Of a stretch of DNA of 64,000 nt, positions 58,789 through 64,000 are shown in pieces. Under the pieces are notes generated by a model. The model worked only from the letters and a program-made list of their open reading frames with translations. It had not been told where the DNA came from and did not search any database. The first letter of the stretch is position 1. Each line of letters opens with the position of its first letter. The stretch is from positions 920 to 64,919 of the forward strand of contig JBMYSY010000011.1 in the NCBI GenBank assembly GCA_049603795.1. Direction: 5' to 3'. A program made the translations under genes and the position numbers. The DNA comes from Magnetovibrionaceae bacterium. Lineage in GTDB: Bacteria > Pseudomonadota > Alphaproteobacteria > Rhodospirillales > JBMYSY01.

Positions 58789-60885
58789 GTGAGCGGGGTG
58801 ATCGTGGCGGGGGAGACGGAGCTGTTCCAGCGAAACCTCGACGCTTGGGTCGATTTTCTGAAAGACCACAAGGCGCGCGGTGTCGCCCCGCTAATTGATG
58901 CAGCCCGTTCATCACCGCCGGATTTGACGGGCGATGCCTTCGAGAGAGATGACGCAGGGCGCATCATCAATCTTAAAAAGGGCGACCAGCCGCTGTACCC
59001 GAAGGCCGGTGACGTCTTTGCGGCAGAGCAGATCGATCACTATTTTGCCGATCCAGATCGGATTCACACGGATGCGGTAAAATATGGCTCTCTCGCGCTT
59101 CGGGGAAAGCAGTTCTGGGTCGATCTGACCCGGGTCCGTTCCGAGCTTTGTTCGAAGCCGCCCCTTGCCCTGCCCAAGAAGGACGTCGGGTACAGCTTCG
59201 TCTTCGGATTGGGGCTTGGATATCACATTCGGGACGTGATCAAGCGGACCCATAGCCAGCACGTTCTTGTCTACGAGCCGAGCGAGGCCTTTTTCCTGGC
59301 TTCCCTGGAAGCGATGGACTGGGAGGCTGTGTTCGCTGCCGTGGAAGCCGAGGGCTCTGAACTTTACATCTGTGTTGGAGACACGCCCCAGGAATTCGCT
59401 CTCGCGGCAGAACTGATGGTCGAAAAATATGGTCCGACGCTGCTGGATGGGTCCTACGCCTATGTCCACGACACCCGTTGGGCCGTGACGGAAGCCCGGG
59501 CTCTGCTCAATACCGCCCTGCCGTCATATTTTCACACCAAAGGCTTCTTTGATGATGAGCTTTTGATGATGAAGAACAGCTACCGCAATTTCTCGAAGCG
59601 GGATTTTTTCTTTATCGATCGCTCTGTTCCCAAACAGCAGACCGTGCCCGTTTTCATCGTCGGTTCCGGACCGTCTCTGGATCGCGATCTTGCGGCCATC
59701 AAGCGCTACAAGGACCAGGCATTGGTCTATTCCTGCGGCAGCTCGCTGGGCGTCTTGCTGAAAAATGGCATTCGCCCTGACCTGCACGTGGAAAATGAAA
59801 ACACTCCGCAATTGGTCTCCAACTTAAGGGATTTCGAAGCGGAATATGGGCTTCAAGGCATCACGCTCACCGCTTCCAGCACGGTCAACACAGAAGCCTT
59901 GGAGCTGTTTGACGAAACCTGGCTCTATTTCCGGGACTATCTGAGCCCATCTTTCCTTCTGAACCCCGGAATCACGCCCGTGCTTGGGGCGGCTCCGTTG
60001 GTTTCCAACGCTGCCTTTTCGGTCGCCGTTACCCTTGGCTTTCGGGAGATTTATCTGTTCGGTTGCGATTGTGGTCGTCGCGAGGCGGCGGGCCATCACG
60101 CGGAAGGTGCCGTCTACTACGAGGACGGCTACGACAATTTCCTACCTGGCGAAGGGCTCGATTTGTTGGATCGGGAATTCGACCGGCGCGTGCCGGCCAA
60201 TTTCGGCGGGGAGGCGCTCACGACCTGGTACCTCGACATGTCCAGAACCGCCATGGCCATGTTGCAGCGGGTGGCGAAGACCCAACTGGTGAACTGTTCC
60301 GATGGTGCGCGCATTGAAGGAGCGCGGCCCATGGCCTCCTCCGCGTTGCGCTTAACGGGGCCTCGGTTTGACCGACTGCGTCTGAAAGCGGGGCTGAAAA
60401 ACGATCGACTGAAGGCCTATTCCCGGGGCCAGGTGCTGGAAGAGGTCGATTTGGCAGGCACAATTGGGGATGTCCGGCAGCTGGCGGATCGCTTTCGCGA
60501 TGCCATGGCCCAGGCCCGGAGCCAAGATGGTTGCTACAAGTCCTTTCTTGCGCGTATCCAGCGGTTGCGAGAAGAAACACCGAAAGACCAGGCCGGGCCG
60601 TTTTATCTGCTGTCCGCATCGCTCTATTCCTTCATTCGGGCCGGCGCCTATCTTGGCTCCCGGATTGACGAGGCGGAGGCCTATGACATTTTCCGGGAGA
60701 TTTTTTTCGACGCTTATGAAGAAGCGGTCCTGGCCATGCTGTCTGATGCCGAAGACCATTTGAAGGTCATGGAAGCAGGGGGGGGGCCGCTGCCGGAGTT
60801 CTGGACCCCGGACGGAGCGGACCTGGGCGAACAGCTGGTCCCGCGCGATCTCTTGGGCCGACGGGCGGCGGAGCAATCCTCTTGA
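58789..60885 (+). CDS. maf: Motility accessory factor (Maf/DUF115) flagellin glycosyltransferase, copy 1
   Basis: It has the DUF115 core VFIVGSGPSLDRDLAAIKRYKDQALVYSCGSSLGVLLKNGIRPDLHVENEN and GCDCGRR. The likely start is GTG 58789. The six-frame ORF starts at 58717, inside the upstream gene. Confidence 0.8.
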   Translation: MSGVIVAGETELFQRNLDAWVDFLKDHKARGVAPLIDAARSSPPDLTGDAFERDDAGRIINLKKGDQPLYPKAGDVFAAEQIDHYFADPDRIHTDAVKYGSLALRGKQFWVDLTRVRSELCSKPPLALPKKDVGYSFVFGLGLGYHIRDVIKRTHSQHVLVYEPSEAFFLASLEAMDWEAVFAAVEAEGSELYICVGDTPQEFALAAELMVEKYGPTLLDGSYAYVHDTRWAVTEARALLNTALPSYFHTKGFFDDELLMMKNSYRNFSKRDFFFIDRSVPKQQTVPVFIVGSGPSLDRDLAAIKRYKDQALVYSCGSSLGVLLKNGIRPDLHVENENTPQLVSNLRDFEAEYGLQGITLTASSTVNTEALELFDETWLYFRDYLSPSFLLNPGITPVLGAAPLVSNAAFSVAVTLGFREIYLFGCDCGRREAAGHHAEGAVYYEDGYDNFLPGEGLDLLDREFDRRVPANFGGEALTTWYLDMSRTAMAMLQRVAKTQLVNCSDGARIEGARPMASSALRLTGPRFDRLRLKAGLKNDRLKAYSRGQVLEEVDLAGTIGDVRQLADRFRDAMAQARSQDGCYKSFLARIQRLREETPKDQAGPFYLLSASLYSFIRAGAYLGSRIDEAEAYDIFREIFFDAYEEAVLAMLSDAEDHLKVMEAGGGPLPEFWTPDGADLGEQLVPRDLLGRRAAEQSS

Positions 60886-62807
60886 CCCGGGCAGCCGAGA
60901 GGGCAGCGGCCGGACTGGTCACCCTTCGCCAGGCGATGCCGGAGGTCGCGGAGGCGTTGGTGGGATTCCCTCCGAACCGTCCCGCCCTGGAAGGGAGATG
61001 GTCGGAAGACAGGCTGGTCAACATAAAGGTCGGACCCAGCGACTGGCTCTATGAGCACAGCGCTGCTGCCACGACCGAAGCGCAAGTGTCGGAGTTGAAG
61101 AGCAACCCGGATCTGATTTGCTTCCCCGACCCTGCGGACGAGCCGCCAGCGGCGTTTTTGTCGACCTTCGCAGCCGAAGTCCCGTCAAGTGGATCGGAAC
61201 GCCCCTGTTCCGGCGGCTATGGCTTTCTGTTCGGTGTCGGACTTGGGGACCATCTTGAACCACTGATCGAAGCGACTGAATGCCGCCAACTCGTGTTGAT
61301 CGAACCCAACCCGGTTTTGCTGCATGCCAGCTTGTTTGCGGTCGACTGGACGGCGATCTTTCGCCGGGCCGGGGAGTGTGGGATCGGATTGCGGTTCATT
61401 CTCGGTTCCGACCCCGAAGCCCTGGTGCGCCAAATAGAAGAGCTCTTGATCCGCGATGGCCTGCCAGCCGTCCTCGATGGTTCCTTTGCCCACCTGCATT
61501 ATCCGGCCTGGGCCCTGGTGGAAGCCCGGAAACTTTTCAATCAGCGTATTCGGAATTTTCTGATCAGACCGAATACGCACGAAGACGAAGCCATCATGTT
61601 GCGCCACAGTGCCGCCAACCTGGACCTCGCCTCCGAACGCGATGTCCGCCTGCTTTGTCCCGGACCAGTTATCGAAGAGGCACCGCCGGTGCTGATCGTC
61701 GGCTCCGGCCCCTCTCTGGACAGGGACCTGGAAAACCTGAGAAGGCTGAAGGACCACCTGGTGATCGTCAGTTGCGGGACGGCACTGGGGGTTTTGTTGA
61801 AGAATGGCATACGCCCGCATCTGCATATCGAAAACGAAAACACCGCCCCCCTGGTGCAGAACCTGAGGAATTTTCGCGCCAATTATGGCTTCGACGGGAT
61901 CAGGCTCTGCTGCTCGACAACCGTTTCAAGCGCCGTTCTGCCACTTTTCGATCAGGCATGGATGTACTTTCGCGCTGCCCTGTCGCCAGCCGAAGCCTTT
62001 GGATTCGGCGACCAGGCGATCCCTTTTGCAGGGCCTCTGGTCGCCAATGCTGCTCTGGCGGCGCTTTCGGCCCTGGGGTTCCGGCGGTTCATCCTGGCCG
62101 GCGTCGATTGCGGGCGTCGCGAACACCTCGATCACCATGCGGCGGATAGCGTCTACCTGGATGAAGCCTACGATAACTACGAAGACGGCGTCGACGAAGC
62201 CTTTATCAAAGGCGAGTTCGTTCGGGAGGTGCCGGGCAACTTCGGCGGGTCCGTGTTGACGTCCTCCTTTTATGACCTTTCCCGTAGGACCTTGGCCGAG
62301 ACCATTCTTCACAATGGCCTGGATGTTTTGAATCTGGCCGACGGGGCGCGGATCGACGGGGCGAGACCGAAGGTTTCATCGGCCCTCGATCTGCCGCCTT
62401 GCCCGATTCTACCGGCAGAAGTTTTGGATCGCCTGTGGCGTGGTGCGGTCCGTTCCGATGCGGGCGTACAGGCCCGCAAGGCCCGCCTGAGATCTGCCAG
62501 GGCTGAACTCGCAAGTTGGCGCGAAACGTACCGGCAACGTGTGGCGGAAACAGATCCCGGGCTCGATCCCTGGGACTTGGCTCGGTCGTTGAAGAGCCTG
62601 AGAGGGCCGGATGCCGGCATGCCGACCAGGCTCGAAAAGACCCTGTCCGGTTCGCTTTCATGGCTGGAAAGGATCGGGTTGTATCGGGCCATCCGTACAC
62701 CGGCATCCGACAGGGAAGCCTTCAACGAGCGCTTTCTGGCCGCGCTGATCCCCGCCGTGGATCAGGTGATCGCAGATGTCGAGGAGATTTTGAACCGTCA
62801 GGCGTAG
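60882..62807 (+). CDS. maf: Motility accessory factor (Maf/DUF115) flagellin glycosyltransferase, copy 2
   Basis: It has the same core: VLIVGSGPSLDRDLENLRRLKDHLVIVSCGTALGVLLKNGIRPHLHIENEN and GVDCGRR. Its start overlaps the copy 1 stop. Confidence 0.8.
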   Translation: MTRAAERAAAGLVTLRQAMPEVAEALVGFPPNRPALEGRWSEDRLVNIKVGPSDWLYEHSAAATTEAQVSELKSNPDLICFPDPADEPPAAFLSTFAAEVPSSGSERPCSGGYGFLFGVGLGDHLEPLIEATECRQLVLIEPNPVLLHASLFAVDWTAIFRRAGECGIGLRFILGSDPEALVRQIEELLIRDGLPAVLDGSFAHLHYPAWALVEARKLFNQRIRNFLIRPNTHEDEAIMLRHSAANLDLASERDVRLLCPGPVIEEAPPVLIVGSGPSLDRDLENLRRLKDHLVIVSCGTALGVLLKNGIRPHLHIENENTAPLVQNLRNFRANYGFDGIRLCCSTTVSSAVLPLFDQAWMYFRAALSPAEAFGFGDQAIPFAGPLVANAALAALSALGFRRFILAGVDCGRREHLDHHAADSVYLDEAYDNYEDGVDEAFIKGEFVREVPGNFGGSVLTSSFYDLSRRTLAETILHNGLDVLNLADGARIDGARPKVSSALDLPPCPILPAEVLDRLWRGAVRSDAGVQARKARLRSARAELASWRETYRQRVAETDPGLDPWDLARSLKSLRGPDAGMPTRLEKTLSGSLSWLERIGLYRAIRTPASDREAFNERFLAALIPAVDQVIADVEEILNRQA

Positions 62808-63868
62808 ACGTTGATCAGCGCGTTGACGAAGCCGCTGTTGAACGAACTGAACAGGGCCTGGTACTGGTTCTTGGCGGCGAAGCCCAGAGCCACCGAGTTG
62901 CTGGTGGCCTGAAATTCGCGCGAAAGCTTCGCCTGGAGTTCCTGGATTTCCGCCACGCGAGCCAACTGGGTATCGTTGATGGTTTCCTGGCGGCCCTGGA
63001 TTTCCTCGTTCGCCCGGGTCTCATAGAAGCTGGATATGGTTTTCGCCGCCTCATACCGGGAGAGTTCCAGTTCAAGTCCAACCTTGGCGCTGCGCAGGTC
63101 TTCCAAGGCGCTGGTCCGGTTGGCATCGCTCGCCAGGTTCCCGTAGAACCAGGAATCTTTCAGTCCGGCACCGCTGGACTTGATCGTACCGGAAAACTGC
63201 TTCGGATCCGCCGAGTCAGGATTGATCGTGAAGGTGATATCGGTACCGCTGAGCGAGTCCAATTGGATGCCGCCCCGAAGATAGGCCACATCGCTGGTCC
63301 CGCCATCCGGATAGTCTGTGTAGCGCTTCAGGTTGCCGGCCTGCCGGTCCAACTGCCAGCGGTCACCATTGCTATCCAGGATGTAATAGTCACTGGTGAC
63401 GGAAACACCCTGCACCTCGGCCGTCTGGCCGTTGATATTGATCTCGTATTCGAGTTTGGCATTGTCGTCAGACAGCAGCTTCGGGTTGCCACTGTTGCGG
63501 GCAACAGAATCCATACCCCGAATGGCAGCATCGAACCCGTTCGCGTAAATATCCGTATTGACGGTTTTTCCCGCGGCCACATCCAGGTTGATACGGTTGA
63601 TGGCGCTGATTTGACTTTCGATGCGGTTCAGCAGGGTTTTGAGCTTGCCGACAGTCCCCGAGAGCGCCGTTGTCGCCTTGCCGGTATCCGCTTTGACATC
63701 GCGCCACTGGTCCTGCAGCCGCAGCTCGTTATTCAGCCTTGCCTGGTATTTGCTGGAGACGGCTGCCGTCTCGGCTTCCGCTTTCTTGTTCTGCTGAGCC
63801 TCCAACTGCCCCATCAATTGGTTGGACGCGATCTGGGTCCTGGAGGTCGGGTTCAGGATGGTGGTCAT
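62798..63868 (-). CDS. Hypothetical protein with coiled-coil termini and a beta-rich centre (possible flagellar accessory/structural protein)
   Basis: The 356-aa protein starts at ATG 63868 (AGGA RBS). Helical, Gln/Ala-rich N- and C-terminal segments flank a central region. A sigma54-like promoter lies upstream. It is convergent with maf copy 2 and overlaps it by 10 nt. Confidence 0.6.
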   Translation of the reverse strand: MTTILNPTSRTQIASNQLMGQLEAQQNKKAEAETAAVSSKYQARLNNELRLQDQWRDVKADTGKATTALSGTVGKLKTLLNRIESQISAINRINLDVAAGKTVNTDIYANGFDAAIRGMDSVARNSGNPKLLSDDNAKLEYEININGQTAEVQGVSVTSDYYILDSNGDRWQLDRQAGNLKRYTDYPDGGTSDVAYLRGGIQLDSLSGTDITFTINPDSADPKQFSGTIKSSGAGLKDSWFYGNLASDANRTSALEDLRSAKVGLELELSRYEAAKTISSFYETRANEEIQGRQETINDTQLARVAEIQELQAKLSREFQATSNSVALGFAAKNQYQALFSSFNSGFVNALINVYA

Positions 63869-63890
63869 GTTCTCATTCCTCACCGCCGAT

Positions 63891-63906
63891 TTGCAGAAAA
63901 CCGGCC
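63891..63906 (-). promoter_or_regulatory. Sigma54-like promoter (TGGCCG-N5-CTGCA) upstream of the 356-aa gene
   Basis: The minus strand reads TGGCCGGTTTTCTGCA with correct GG-N10-GC spacing. It lies about 24 nt upstream of ATG 63868. Confidence 0.35.
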
Positions 63907-64000
63907 AAAAAACGGATGAATGTCTTCATCGACATGGTGCAGCTGGGCCTTTCTAGCCCACAACATCTCAATATACCCTAAAATGCCTGGAGGAACAAAG

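Overview
GC-rich alphaproteobacterial DNA; gene content looks Rhodospirillales-like, which is an inference. GC contrasts below are judged by eye. The window is mostly one motility super-locus with a few unrelated inserts.

Left to right:
- fdhD (3' end) and mobA, then a small exported Cys-rich protein.
- chpT, then a che operon: cheA (a CheA-CheW-CheW-REC fusion), cheY, cheB, cheR.
- ctrA, convergent with cheR.
- fliI and fliJ, followed by a roughly 1 kb lower-GC islet with orphan ORFs.
- An SDR gene, then a minus-strand operon led by a guanidine-I (ykkC) riboswitch: ABC importer (binding protein, permease, ATPase), an arginase-fold hydrolase, and an orphan His-rich protein.
- A Prx5-type peroxiredoxin.
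- A long minus-strand flagellar operon: fliF, fliG, fliH, fliN, motA, a sigma54 activator, flhA, flhF, flhG, a second FliK-like protein, and a low-GC QueF-like T-fold protein.
- sciP, then a type II toxin-antitoxin remnant whose toxin carries an amber stop.
- A flagellin glycosylation island: four TPR-GT41 paralogues, one TPR-only protein, two tandem Maf proteins, nonulosonic-acid-type sugar genes and a HisH/HisF-like pair.
- Interleaved with that island: a LysR regulator, fliK-flgD-flgE, two 95 percent identical flagellins, and flbT-flaF.

No rRNA, tRNA, CRISPR array, transposase or integrase was recognised.

Most interesting observations:
- The riboswitch-controlled putative guanidine uptake and hydrolysis operon, with a novel His-rich partner protein.
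- Eight GANTC sites plus a perfect CtrA box in the ctrA-fliI divergent region.
- A duplicated 35-aa CheA module that differs only at synonymous sites.
- A catalytically dead QueF-like protein translationally coupled to a second FliK-like protein.
- Two flagellin glycosyltransferase families (TPR-GT41 and Maf) in one locus.

Start codons were refined by eye from RBS and homology and may be off. All homology calls come from remembered family signatures, not from searches.
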